The notes beneath the pieces are model-generated. The model did no database searches. It had not been told where the DNA came from and was given only the letters and a program-made list of their open reading frames with translations. Positions 9,514 to 18,585 of a DNA stretch of 64,000 nt are shown piece after piece (the first letter of the stretch is position 1; each line of letters begins with the position of its first letter). Both the position numbers and the translations under genes were made by a program. The DNA comes from Spirochaetia bacterium UBA5763 (GTDB lineage: Bacteria > Spirochaetota > UBA4802 > UBA5550): the NCBI GenBank assembly GCA_002418835.1, contig DIEX01000034.1, forward strand, positions 225,926 through 289,925, written 5' to 3'.

Positions 9514-10791
9514 TTATCCGGCGAAGGGATTTACAAATCTTGCGGCGCTGCCCAGTTCGCTCTCAATTTCAATGAGACGGTTATATTTGGCAATACGCTC
9601 GCTCCTGCATGCTGAACCTGTTTTGATCTGGCCGCCACCCATTGCTACGGCAAAATCAGCCATGAAAGTATCTTCCGTTTCACCAGATCTGTGTGATATA
9701 ACGTAGGTCCAACCTGCCTGACGACAGAGTTTTATAGCTTCGATTGATTCGGTAACTGTACCTATCTGGTTAAGCTTTATAAGAACTGAATTTGTTGATT
9801 TCTCGTTAATACCGCGCTTAATGAATTTTGTATTAGTTACAAATATATCATCGCCCACTATCTGGGTTTTATCTCCAAGAATTGCAGTGTGTTCTTTGAA
9901 GCCTGCCCAGTCATTCTCATCAAGTCCGTCCTCAAGGGATACTATATGATACTTATCAATCCAGTCTTTATAAATGGCTGTCATCTCAGCGCTGCTCTTT
10001 TTCCCCTGACCGGATTTTGCAAGATTGTACGCCCCGTTTTCATAAAATGAACTTGCTGCCGGATCAAGGGCAAGAGCTATATCCTTTCCCGGTTTGTAAC
10101 CTGCTGCAATGATTGCCTCTATAATTACTTCGCAGGCTTCATCATTACTTTTAAGATTTGGAGCAAATCCCCCTTCGTCGCCGACTCCGGTGGAGTATCC
10201 CTTCCTGCCGAGGATCTTTTTAAGAGCATGAAATGTTTCAGCTCCATATCTCAAAGCTTCGGCGAAAGTCGGGGCACCTATGGGCATTACCATGAATTCC
10301 TGAAAATCCACGCTGTTGTCTGCATGTTTCCCGCCGTTTAATATATTCATCATTGGAACAGGTATTCTGTAATTTCCGGTCTCTCCGAGATAGGCATAAA
10401 GGGGGAGCCCTGCTGCCGCTGAAGCAGCCCTTGCAGCTGCCATTGATACGCCGAGTATGGCATTCGCTCCTAATTTACCTTTATTCTCTGTACCATCCAG
10501 ATCTATTAGCATCTGATCTATCTCGCCCTGTGCTGAAGGGTCCATCCCGATGATCTTTGAAGCAATAATATTATTTACGTTTGAAACAGCTTTCAATACA
10601 CCCTTGCCGTCATAACGCTTTTTGTCACCGTCGCGGAGTTCAACTGCTTCATTCTCACCTGTAGATGCACCAGATGGAACTGATGATGACACTGTAATTC
10701 CATTATCAAGTGACATTATTACTCTTACCGTTGGATTGCCGCGTGAATCGAGTATTTCAAGCGCTTTTACTGATTTTATTTTCTCTTTCAT
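9514..10791 (-). CDS. eno: Enolase (phosphopyruvate hydratase)
   Basis: The N-terminus is unmistakably enolase ([16 protein letters not shown]...[17 protein letters not shown]), the length is 425 aa, and a strong RBS (GGAGGAG) is present. Confidence 0.95.
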   Translation of the reverse strand: MKEKIKSVKALEILDSRGNPTVRVIMSLDNGITVSSSVPSGASTGENEAVELRDGDKKRYDGKGVLKAVSNVNNIIASKIIGMDPSAQGEIDQMLIDLDGTENKGKLGANAILGVSMAAARAASAAAGLPLYAYLGETGNYRIPVPMMNILNGGKHADNSVDFQEFMVMPIGAPTFAEALRYGAETFHALKKILGRKGYSTGVGDEGGFAPNLKSNDEACEVIIEAIIAAGYKPGKDIALALDPAASSFYENGAYNLAKSGQGKKSSAEMTAIYKDWIDKYHIVSLEDGLDENDWAGFKEHTAILGDKTQIVGDDIFVTNTKFIKRGINEKSTNSVLIKLNQIGTVTESIEAIKLCRQAGWTYVISHRSGETEDTFMADFAVAMGGGQIKTGSACRSERIAKYNRLIEIESELGSAARFVNPFAG

Positions 10792-10906
10792 ATCTCCTCC
10801 TGAAAAATCTGATTTATTATTAAATTTAAAAATTTCTTACCCTGAAGCAAATGAAATTACCTGATCATTTATACCTGCGATTAATCAAAGTTTCTCTCAT
10901 ATTCTG

Positions 10907-11011
10907 TCAAAATCGGGAGATGCGATAATCAGCTATCAGATAGTATAATGGTCCGGATTGTATTAATAGAATTGTATCGAATAGAATGGAAAAACAGCTG
11001 GATTTATCCAT
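10907..11011 (-). CDS. Candidate 34 aa small ORF (MDKSSCFSILFDTILLIQSGPLYYLIADYRISRF) immediately downstream of the minus-strand fluoride riboswitch
   Basis: A GGAGG RBS sits 5 nt before the ATG. That RBS can pair with the 3' side of the aptamer (AUGACUCCUGCAUAU / AUAUGGAGGCGUCAU), which suggests a translational expression platform. The ORF is below the 60 aa cut-off of the ORF track. Confidence 0.25.
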   Translation of the reverse strand: MDKSSCFSILFDTILLIQSGPLYYLIADYRISRF

Positions 11012-11040
11012 GACGCCTCCATATCAGTTGATATTAATAT

Positions 11041-11085
11041 GCAGGAGTCATTAGCACAGGGCAGTTTATGGTGAACTCCATCACC
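11041..11085 (-). promoter_or_regulatory. Fluoride riboswitch (crcB RNA motif) on the minus strand, ahead of the enolase / MutS-like operon
   Basis: The reverse complement reads GGUGAUGGAGUUCACCAUAAACUGCCCUGUGCUAAUGACUCCUGC. This matches the Thermotoga and Bacillus fluoride aptamers (AAACUGCCCUG and GCUAAUGACUCCU). Confidence 0.85.
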
Positions 11086-11256
11086 TGATTTCAGGGTAGA
11101 AGTCTGATCAATATATGTCAATAAAAAATTGATGATATCCCTGTCTTGCCGGAAGTTGGGAATTAGTAGCTGATAAATACAAAATAGTGCATTTCGCAGC
11201 AGCCGGAAAATAAAAATCAGTAGTTACAAAAACATAATAAAAGTATCTTATAACCT

Positions 11257-12570
11257 ATGAGAAAAAAAATGGAAGAAACAGGGCTGTTAAGGCTCAATTA
11301 TCCGTCACAGATATACCTTGAGACTACCACAAGATGTAACCTTACCTGTGAAATGTGTGTTAAACAGAGCAGCAGTTGCGGAATTGCTGAAGGGGACTTT
11401 GATTCTGCAATGTTTTCTTCAATCGATTCAGTACTCCCTCATATTAATACTCTTATACTTAGCGGAATAGGGGAACCTCTATTGCACCCGCAACTTGAAG
11501 AACTAATCAGTTATGCTTCGGAGCGAATGAAAACAGGTGCAGATATCGGTTTTCAGACAAACGGAATGCTTCTGACCCGTGAAAAAGCTGAGTCCCTAAT
11601 TAATGCGGGACTGAATCTTATCTGTGTTTCAATGGATGCATCCACTTCCGATACCTTCAGGGATTTGAGAGCAGGAGGGGAACTCTCAGATGCTGAAAAC
11701 GCAATTTCAATTTTAAAAGAAGCAGGTATTTTATTAAAACGTAAAGTCAGGATAGGGATTGAATTTGTAATTACTAAAAGCAATCTCAGACATCTTGTAC
11801 CGGCACTTAAAATTGCTGCTCAGAAAGGAGTGGATTTTGCTATAGTCTCACACCTTATCCCCTATGATGAAAGATTAGTCGGGGGAGCTGTGTATGACCG
11901 GAATATTGATAAAGCTGTTGAATTCTTTGAAAGGGAACTTTATGAAGCTGATAGAGAAGGAATTGATATAGCAAAGTACTTTGATATCCGCTGGAAATTT
12001 ATTCACACACCGGAAGAGGAGAGAATAATTAAAGCAGTCGAAAAAATGACAGCAATGGCACAATCTGAGGGTTTTCATTTAAACCTGCGGAGTCTTATGG
12101 ATAGAGATATAAAATTAATACATGATGTTGGAACAGTTTTTAAAGAGGCTGAAGCTTTTGCCGCAGCTGCGGGGATTGAGTTGAGCCTCCCTGCTTCAAC
12201 GCCGAGAGGGGATAAAAGATGCGATTTTATTGAATCAGGGAGCCTTTTCATTTCATGGAATGGCGATGTTCATCCCTGCCACTTTCTCTGGCATAAATTT
12301 CAGTGTTATATATCGGGGTGGAAGAAGTTTGTTACACCTGTCTCTTTCGGGAATCTTAAAGAACAGAGTGTCTCAGATATATGGAACAGTGATGATTATA
12401 AAAAATTCAGGGAGTCGGTTGCAAAGTATGATTACCCTGTATGCTCAAACTGCTCCCTTGCCCCCTGTGATTATATCTACTCAGAAACATTTGAACAGGA
12501 CTGCTATACAAACACAATCCCATGTTGCGACTGCCAGTGGTGTTTAGGGCTTTTTCAGTGTCTTAAATAA
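11257..12570 (+). CDS. Radical SAM protein with a C-terminal Cys-rich SPASM/twitch-like domain
   Basis: The N-terminus carries a CxxxCxxC motif (TRCNLTCEMC). The C-terminus is cysteine-rich (CSNCSLAPCDY...CCDCQWCLGLFQC). It is located at the head of the arsenic/thiol island. Confidence 0.7.
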   Translation: MRKKMEETGLLRLNYPSQIYLETTTRCNLTCEMCVKQSSSCGIAEGDFDSAMFSSIDSVLPHINTLILSGIGEPLLHPQLEELISYASERMKTGADIGFQTNGMLLTREKAESLINAGLNLICVSMDASTSDTFRDLRAGGELSDAENAISILKEAGILLKRKVRIGIEFVITKSNLRHLVPALKIAAQKGVDFAIVSHLIPYDERLVGGAVYDRNIDKAVEFFERELYEADREGIDIAKYFDIRWKFIHTPEEERIIKAVEKMTAMAQSEGFHLNLRSLMDRDIKLIHDVGTVFKEAEAFAAAAGIELSLPASTPRGDKRCDFIESGSLFISWNGDVHPCHFLWHKFQCYISGWKKFVTPVSFGNLKEQSVSDIWNSDDYKKFRESVAKYDYPVCSNCSLAPCDYIYSETFEQDCYTNTIPCCDCQWCLGLFQCLK

Positions 12571-12592
12571 AAACTTGACTTTTATTATATCC

Positions 12593-12608
12593 TTGGCAAT
12601 ATTGCCAA
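12593..12608. promoter_or_regulatory. Perfect 16 bp palindrome TTGGCAATATTGCCAA. It is a candidate ArsR operator overlapping the arsR promoter.
   Basis: Perfect dyad symmetry 18 nt upstream of the arsR start. A related dyad is present at 13064-13079. Confidence 0.5.
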
Positions 12609-12625
12609 ATAAGAAAGGATAATTT

Positions 12626-12970
12626 ATGAATCAGAATGAAGTAAAACTTTATGAAGCAAGGGCGAATATAATAAAGGCTTTAGCTCATCCAAGCAGGCTC
12701 TATATTGTCGATATGCTCAATAAACAGCCCAGGGCTGTGGGTGAACTTACTGAAATGATAGGTGCGGATACATCAACTGTTTCTAAACATCTCAGTGTAC
12801 TGAAAAATGCAGGTATTGTTGTAGATGAGAAACGGGGGACTGCGGTTATCTATACTTTGAAATGTCCCTGTATACTTGATTTTATCGGATGTATTGAAGA
12901 GGTTATTGAAAGCAATACAAAAACCCAGGTTGAAATTCTGAGCTGCTGTAAAACCAGAGCAGCCAGATAA
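12626..12970 (+). CDS. arsR: ArsR/SmtB-family metalloregulator
   Basis: Winged-HTH sequence (LAHPSRLYIVDMLNKQPRAVGELTEMIGADTSTVSKHLSVLKNAGIV) with a Cys-rich C-terminus (CPC, CIE, SCC). Confidence 0.85.
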   Translation: MNQNEVKLYEARANIIKALAHPSRLYIVDMLNKQPRAVGELTEMIGADTSTVSKHLSVLKNAGIVVDEKRGTAVIYTLKCPCILDFIGCIEEVIESNTKTQVEILSCCKTRAAR

Positions 12971-13063
12971 AAAAGGAATTAATCAATGGTTAGAAAACGC
13001 AATATATGCAGATGCTGGTGGAATGGCTGGTGAAATATTTTCTCACTCTTTTTTAGGATTTAC

Positions 13064-13079
13064 TTGGCATCTTTGCCAA
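13064..13079. promoter_or_regulatory. Palindrome TTGGCATCTTTGCCAA. It is a second candidate ArsR operator, located ahead of the permease gene.
   Basis: It has the same half-sites (TTGGCA / TGCCAA) as 12593-12608 and lies 25 nt upstream of the 13105 start. Confidence 0.45.
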
Positions 13080-13104
13080 TAAGCAAAATTTGGAGGAGTA
13101 GTAA

Positions 13105-14403
13105 ATGTTCTGGAAAGATGAATGGAAACCTCTTGCTATAATCGGCGGATTTTTTATCGCCCTGTATTATATGCCTGTTGGAACAGAGAGGTTCGATAAC
13201 GCGATTTTTGAGGCCTTATATTTAACGAAGTGGTACGCGCAGGAGCATGTTCTTCTCTGCCTTATACCTGCTTTTTTTATTGCGGGAGCCATAGGCGTGT
13301 TCGTGCGCCAGGAGGCAGTTATGAAGTACCTGGGGCCTGCTGCCAATAAGCTCGTTGCTTATGGAGTAGGTTCTGTTTCAGGTTCAATACTTGCAGTATG
13401 TTCATGCACGGTGCTGCCGCTTTTTTCAGGGATCTACCGTATGGGTGCAGGACTGGGGCCTGCCATTGCTTTTCTTTATTCAGGACCTGCGATCAATGTA
13501 CTTGCAATCATACTTACTGCAAGAGTCATTGGTATGGATATAGGTATTGCCCGTGCAGTTGGCGCTATTCTGTTCAGCGTTGTTATAGGTGCCATTATGC
13601 ACTTTATATTCAGACATGAGGAGATTGCCAAAGTAAAGGCTGCCATGTATATGCCTGAGCCTGAGGTTGCAAGGCCGCTATGGAAAGATATTATATACTT
13701 CGGTTCAATGGTGGCGATTCTTGTTTTAGCCAACTGGGGTAAATCATCAGATACATCCGGGTTCTGGTATATAATGTATGCATTCAAGTGGTGGTTTACA
13801 TCAGCAGCAGCAATAGTTTTTGCTACAGTGATTGTATTATGGTATGGGGTCAAACCGTGGAAGATGGCTCTTGTTATTATCCCGGCTGCCGCGCTTGCTT
13901 TTGTATTCCCTCATGAGCCTGTAATCCCCTTTGCCGCAGGTACAATCGGGCTTTCGGTGATTACAAGTACAGATAAAGGTGAGCCTGGCGAGTGGTTCGG
14001 ATCAACATGGGGATTCGCAAAACAGATCACTCCGCTTCTTCTCGGAGGTGTACTTGTGTCTGGCTTTCTTCTGGGGAGGCCGGGACACGAGGGGATAATT
14101 CCCGCTGCATGGGTAAGCAGTCTGGTTGGAGGTAACTCCTTCGGGGCAAACTTCTTCTCTTCAATAGTCGGGGCCTTTATGTACTTTGCAACATTAACAG
14201 AGGTGCCCATTGTTCAGGGTCTCCTTGGCAGCGGTATGGGGAAGGGGCCTGCGTTGGCATTGCTGCTTGCAGGGCCAGCGCTCTCTCTGCCGAACATGCT
14301 TGTCATTAACAGCTACATCGGGCCGAAGAAAACTTTTGTCTACTGTACCCTGGTAGTTATTATGGCTACACTGAGCGGTATGATCTTCGGGATGTTTTTT
14401 TAA
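13105..14403 (+). CDS. UPF0718/DUF318-family permease, of the type found in two-Cys permease/thioredoxin clusters
   Basis: The 432 aa product is polytopic and contains a CSC motif (SILAVCSCTVLPLF). It sits in the ArsR-permease-thioredoxin gene order that is common in anaerobes. Confidence 0.65.
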   Translation: MFWKDEWKPLAIIGGFFIALYYMPVGTERFDNAIFEALYLTKWYAQEHVLLCLIPAFFIAGAIGVFVRQEAVMKYLGPAANKLVAYGVGSVSGSILAVCSCTVLPLFSGIYRMGAGLGPAIAFLYSGPAINVLAIILTARVIGMDIGIARAVGAILFSVVIGAIMHFIFRHEEIAKVKAAMYMPEPEVARPLWKDIIYFGSMVAILVLANWGKSSDTSGFWYIMYAFKWWFTSAAAIVFATVIVLWYGVKPWKMALVIIPAAALAFVFPHEPVIPFAAGTIGLSVITSTDKGEPGEWFGSTWGFAKQITPLLLGGVLVSGFLLGRPGHEGIIPAAWVSSLVGGNSFGANFFSSIVGAFMYFATLTEVPIVQGLLGSGMGKGPALALLLAGPALSLPNMLVINSYIGPKKTFVYCTLVVIMATLSGMIFGMFF

Positions 14404-14445
14404 TAATGTTTAAGAATGAAAATTAATTTAATAAGGAGGCTTTAG

Positions 14446-14874
14446 ATGAATTACAAAAAAAACAGAATAGTGGTTTTTTTGTTAATGTCTGTTCTTATGT
14501 CAGCGGTGTCTCTTCAGGCTCAACAGGGTAAAATGAGACAAAACTCCATGAACAGAAATTACAATCCTGCGACTGTTGTAACGATCAGCGGTACAATAAC
14601 AGATATTTTATCTGTTAATACCTGGGGTATGCACATAAAGATGAAGACATCCGACGGTGTTACGGGCGTTCACCTTGGGCCTGAGTGGTTTTTAAAAAAC
14701 AAGATAACACTGGCAGCCGGTGATATTGTCACGGCTGTGGGATCAAAAGTCAATATGAATGGCGAGAATGTCATTATAGCAAAAACTATTACCAAAGGGA
14801 CATCAACTGTTCAGCTTAGAAATGACAACGGGGTGGCTTTATGGGCAGGCTCCGGAAAAGGTAAAAACAGGTAA
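14446..14874 (+). CDS. Secreted hypothetical protein
   Basis: N-terminal signal peptide (MNYKKNRIVVFLLMSVLMSAVSLQAQ) and no recognisable catalytic motif. Confidence 0.45.
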   Translation: MNYKKNRIVVFLLMSVLMSAVSLQAQQGKMRQNSMNRNYNPATVVTISGTITDILSVNTWGMHIKMKTSDGVTGVHLGPEWFLKNKITLAAGDIVTAVGSKVNMNGENVIIAKTITKGTSTVQLRNDNGVALWAGSGKGKNR

Positions 14875-14901
14875 TAATTGATTGAATAATGGAGGCAAAA
14901 A

Positions 14902-15141
14902 ATGTATAAAATTGAAGTATTAGGAACAGGGTGCGCGAAGTGCAACAAACTTGAAGAGACAGCAAGGAAAGCTGCTGACGAGCTTGGAATTGAGTATGAA
15001 GTGGTTAAAGTGAAGGATATCAATGACATCATGAATTACGGGGTCATGGTTACACCTGCACTTGTTGTTAATGGTGTTGTGAAGGTTGCGGGCAAAGTCC
15101 CAGCGATTGAAGAAGTAAAAAAGATGATCGGAGGAAAATAA
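14902..15141 (+). CDS. Redox-active disulfide protein 2-like small thioredoxin-fold protein
   Basis: The 79 aa product carries a CxxC motif (GCAKC). Sequence and length match the small thioredoxin-like proteins that accompany UPF0718 permeases. Confidence 0.75.
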   Translation: MYKIEVLGTGCAKCNKLEETARKAADELGIEYEVVKVKDINDIMNYGVMVTPALVVNGVVKVAGKVPAIEEVKKMIGGK

Positions 15142-15142
15142 A

Positions 15143-15562
15143 ATGGGTGATTGTGCGTGCAATTCAGGTACAAAAATTATTTATTCATGTTCAGGTGCAG
15201 CAGACGTTGGTGAAATTGCTGACAGGGCAGTGCGGGCGCTTAAAAGAGAGGGATTTGCCCAGGGGTCATGTATTGCCGCAGTTGGTGCCGGTTTGTCCGG
15301 ATATGTTCAGTCCGCTAAAGGTGCAGATGTTAATATAGTTGTCGATGGATGCCCTGTGGGCTGTGCGAGAAAAATAATGGAGAACATAGGTGTAACCCCT
15401 GTTTCTTATGTTGTTACAGAGATGGGTTTTGTGAAGGGGAGTTCACCTGCCAACCCGGAAACAATTGAAACTGTTTACAGGAATATCAAAGAAGGTAAAA
15501 CCGGAGAGCAGAAGTGTACTCCAGCGGCAGGTTGCGGTTGCGGATGCGGCGGAAGCTGCTGA
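15143..15562 (+). CDS. DGC-domain putative metal-binding protein
   Basis: A conserved VVDGCPVGC motif and a Cys-rich tail (CGCGCGGSC). Confidence 0.6.
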   Translation: MGDCACNSGTKIIYSCSGAADVGEIADRAVRALKREGFAQGSCIAAVGAGLSGYVQSAKGADVNIVVDGCPVGCARKIMENIGVTPVSYVVTEMGFVKGSSPANPETIETVYRNIKEGKTGEQKCTPAAGCGCGCGGSC

Positions 15563-15658
15563 TAAATTTTAAAGAGAAATGGAACCATTCCTCCATATCC
15601 GTGGTCTAATTACAGACTGCGGATTGTTTTTGCAAAAAATAGAATTCAAGGGTGAGAA

Positions 15659-16177
15659 TTGATGAAGAGTATGAGAAAAAAAATTATGCTGCTGCTTATT
15701 GCTGTATTTTTTATCGCGGGTGTGCCGTATCTAAAAACACCGTCTAACTGCGGGGCAGTGATACCGCTTGCCTTTACAGGCGCGATCTTCGGATGCGGCG
15801 GGGATAAAGAAGCTGCGAAGCAGAACGAGGAGGCTGACAGGTCTTCTGCTGTTGCTGCTGAGACTGAAAGTTCAACAACTGAAAAGAAAGGTGAGCTTAA
15901 AGTTACTTTTGTTGAACTCGGTTCAGTGAACTGTATACCGTGCAGAATGATGCAGCCTGTAATGCAGGATGTTGAAAAAAAATATCCCGGACAGGTTAAA
16001 ATTGTATTCCACGATGTCTGGACTGATCAGGGGAGAGCTGAAGGTGCGAAATATCGTATCAGGGTAATACCGACACAGGTTTTTCTTGATAAAAACGGAA
16101 AGGAGTATTTCAGGCATGAGGGGTTTTTCCCATTTGAAGAGGTTGACAGGGTTCTGAAGCAGAAGGGTGTAAAATAA
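15659..16177 (+). CDS. Secreted thioredoxin-family thiol:disulfide oxidoreductase
   Basis: Signal peptide or TM anchor, then a CIPC active-site motif in a thioredoxin fold. Confidence 0.7.
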   Translation: MMKSMRKKIMLLLIAVFFIAGVPYLKTPSNCGAVIPLAFTGAIFGCGGDKEAAKQNEEADRSSAVAAETESSTTEKKGELKVTFVELGSVNCIPCRMMQPVMQDVEKKYPGQVKIVFHDVWTDQGRAEGAKYRIRVIPTQVFLDKNGKEYFRHEGFFPFEEVDRVLKQKGVK

Positions 16178-16884
16178 TGTTCATGGATTTTTTTGTTGCA
16201 CTGTCATCCATGCTTTCATCCTCACCGGGGATTGCCATAACTGGTTCTTTCCTCTGGGGGATAGCAAGCATTCTGCTATCACCCTGCCATCTTGCAAGCA
16301 TTCCTCTTATTGTGGGCTATATAGACTCACAGGGAGAGATAAAGACAGGACGTGCTGCGCTGATCTCCACTCTTTTCTCTGCGGGTATTCTCATTACAAT
16401 TGCTGTAATAGGGATTCTCACAGGGCTTGCGGGGCGTATGATGGGGGACATCGGGCAATACGGAAATATCATTGTTGCGGTGCTCATGGTTGTTATCGGG
16501 CTTTACCTTCTCGGCATAATTCCGCTCCCTTTCCTTGACAGCGGGATTAACCAGCCGGGGATGAAAAAGAAAGGCCTGCTTGCCGCTTTTTTACTTGGCC
16601 TATTCTTCGGCCTTGCCCTTGGGCCATGTACATTCGCGTATATGGCGCCCATGCTTGGTGTTGCCTTTACCGTTGCTGCATCAAACATTATGTACGCTGT
16701 TGCGCTTGTGGCTGCCTATGCAGTGGGGCACTGTCTGGTTATTATTATTGCGGGGACTTCTACTGAGCTTGTGAACCACCTGCTTAAATGGAATGAAAAT
16801 TCCAGAGGGGCCATGCTCATTAAAAAAGGGTGCGGTGTGCTGGTTGTTGTTGCAGGTGTATATATGCTGGTGAGCGCACTGTAG
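16177..16884 (+). CDS. ccdA: CcdA/DsbD-family thiol-disulfide transporter (cytochrome c biogenesis protein-like)
   Basis: Polytopic product with the two conserved Cys of the CcdA family (LSPCHLASIPL and GPCTFAYMAPML). It overlaps the preceding thioredoxin gene (ATGA). Confidence 0.75.
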   Translation: MFMDFFVALSSMLSSSPGIAITGSFLWGIASILLSPCHLASIPLIVGYIDSQGEIKTGRAALISTLFSAGILITIAVIGILTGLAGRMMGDIGQYGNIIVAVLMVVIGLYLLGIIPLPFLDSGINQPGMKKKGLLAAFLLGLFFGLALGPCTFAYMAPMLGVAFTVAASNIMYAVALVAAYAVGHCLVIIIAGTSTELVNHLLKWNENSRGAMLIKKGCGVLVVVAGVYMLVSAL

Positions 16885-17015
16885 TGAAAAAGTGATATCA
16901 TCTATAATTTGCTGTTTGTTTGTAACTGACGGTTTCTTTTTTCTACAAAAACATATAGGTTGTTAAGAATTTTATGTAAGAATAAATTAACATTTTTTAT
17001 ATGGAGATAATAAAT

Positions 17016-17450
17016 ATGCATGCAAGTATGAATCTTGATAATGAAATACAGGAAGGGTTTATCCTCAGCATTGACGGCGATATTGCACATGTAAGGGTGG
17101 CACCTAATGCTGACTGTGACAACTGCGGCCAGTGTGATGTTGTTCATGTGGAACTATATGCGCATAATACGGTGAATGCGCAAATCGGACAGAAGGTTAA
17201 ATTTATCATGGTGCAGGATAATATGATTAAGATTGCTTTTATGATCTTCATGGTTCCGCTTTTATCGATCTTCGCCGGTTTGTATATTGGTTCTGTTTTT
17301 GCTTCATATCTTGATATTAATGGAACTGCTGCCTCTTTTATTGGTGTTCTGGTTTTTCTGACAGCGGCGATTTATTTAGTATATAGTTATGACAGAAAAT
17401 TCAGGTTTAACAAAAAGAATTATCCCAGGATAATTGAAGTTATCAGATGA
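17016..17450 (+). CDS. RseC/MucC-family protein (SoxR-reducing system component-like)
   Basis: N-terminal CDNCGQC motif followed by two C-terminal TM helices, the typical RseC architecture. The likely start is the ATG at 17016 (GGAG-N8-ATG). Confidence 0.55.
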   Translation: MHASMNLDNEIQEGFILSIDGDIAHVRVAPNADCDNCGQCDVVHVELYAHNTVNAQIGQKVKFIMVQDNMIKIAFMIFMVPLLSIFAGLYIGSVFASYLDINGTAASFIGVLVFLTAAIYLVYSYDRKFRFNKKNYPRIIEVIR

Positions 17451-17494
17451 TTAAAACTTTATCATATTCTGATAAAACCGGGAGAATTTAAAAT

Positions 17495-18571
17495 ATGGAC
17501 AATTTAACTAAAAAATTATCATTCATAGACAGATACCTTACTCTATGGATATTTGCTGCAATGGGTATAGGTGTAATCACAGGCTATATTTTTCAGGGGC
17601 CTGTTGAGAGCTTCAATAAAGCATTAACAGTAGGAAAGCATACCAATCTTTTAATAGCCTTTGGTCTGATTCTCATGATGTACCCGCCACTTGCTAAAGT
17701 AAAGTATGAGCTTCTCCCAAAGGTTTTCGCTGACGGGAAGATTCTGGGACTGTCACTTTTCCAGAACTGGATTGCGGGCCCTGTAATAATGTTTTTTTTA
17801 GCCGTCACATTTTTCGGATTTATTGCACCTGCAATATTCGGCCCGGATCCCAGGTGGGGTTATTTCATGACGGGACTTATTCTTGTGGGGATTGCGCGCT
17901 GCATCGCCATGGTGCTTGTCTGGAACCAGCTTGCAGGTGGGAATAGTGAGTATGGTGCCGGGCTTGTCGCGCTGAACAGTATTTTCCAGGTTCTCACATT
18001 CAGCATCTACGCATGGATTTTTGTTACAGTTTTACCTCCATTGCTTGGGCTTCAGGGTATGACAGTTGATGTTTCAATAAGTGATATTTTTATAAGTGTA
18101 ATTATTTATCTTGGAATCCCTTTTGCCGCAGGAATATTGAGCAGGGTTATTCTTCTGCCGATTAAGGGACATGAGTGGTATGACAGCGTGTTTGTTCCAA
18201 AAATATCACCTATAACCCTTATTGCCCTTCTTTTTACAATTGTTGTTATGTTCAGTATGCAGGGGAAACAGATTATAACAAGGCCTCTTGATGTTCTATG
18301 GATAGCAATTCCTCTGAGCTGCTATTTTATTATAATGTTCATGTTCAGTTTTTTTATGGCCCGGAAGTTAGGAGCTGATTACAGTAAAAGTGCAACACTT
18401 GCCTTTACAGGTGCCGGGAATAATTTTGAGCTTGCTATAGCTGTTGCCATTGCGGTGTTCGGAATTGCATCACCCATTGCATTTGCAACAGTGGTGGGGC
18501 CACTTGTGGAGGTTCCGGTACTCATCACGCTGGTCAATGTATCGCTTTATTTTAAAAAGAGATTTTTTTAA
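17495..18571 (+). CDS. acr3: ACR3-family arsenite efflux transporter
   Basis: The N-terminus ([24 protein letters not shown]) and the overall 358 aa polytopic profile match ACR3/ArsB-type arsenical-resistance proteins. Confidence 0.8.
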   Translation: MDNLTKKLSFIDRYLTLWIFAAMGIGVITGYIFQGPVESFNKALTVGKHTNLLIAFGLILMMYPPLAKVKYELLPKVFADGKILGLSLFQNWIAGPVIMFFLAVTFFGFIAPAIFGPDPRWGYFMTGLILVGIARCIAMVLVWNQLAGGNSEYGAGLVALNSIFQVLTFSIYAWIFVTVLPPLLGLQGMTVDVSISDIFISVIIYLGIPFAAGILSRVILLPIKGHEWYDSVFVPKISPITLIALLFTIVVMFSMQGKQIITRPLDVLWIAIPLSCYFIIMFMFSFFMARKLGADYSKSATLAFTGAGNNFELAIAVAIAVFGIASPIAFATVVGPLVEVPVLITLVNVSLYFKKRFF

Positions 18572-18585
18572 ATGTATAATGTGAG

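Noticed and set aside
12230-12547. A 105 aa ORF in an alternative frame inside the radical SAM gene, and many other 60-140 aa ORFs antisense to or embedded in long genes (for example 248-463, 503-724, 1512-1718, 2582-2890, 3979-4413, 13476-13853, 18684-19146, 32806-33237, 38110-38589, 49002-49463).
   Set aside because: They lie entirely within longer, well-supported CDSs on the same or opposite strand. They lack RBSs, and their composition is low-complexity (Ser/Pro/Leu-rich), which is typical of shadow ORFs.
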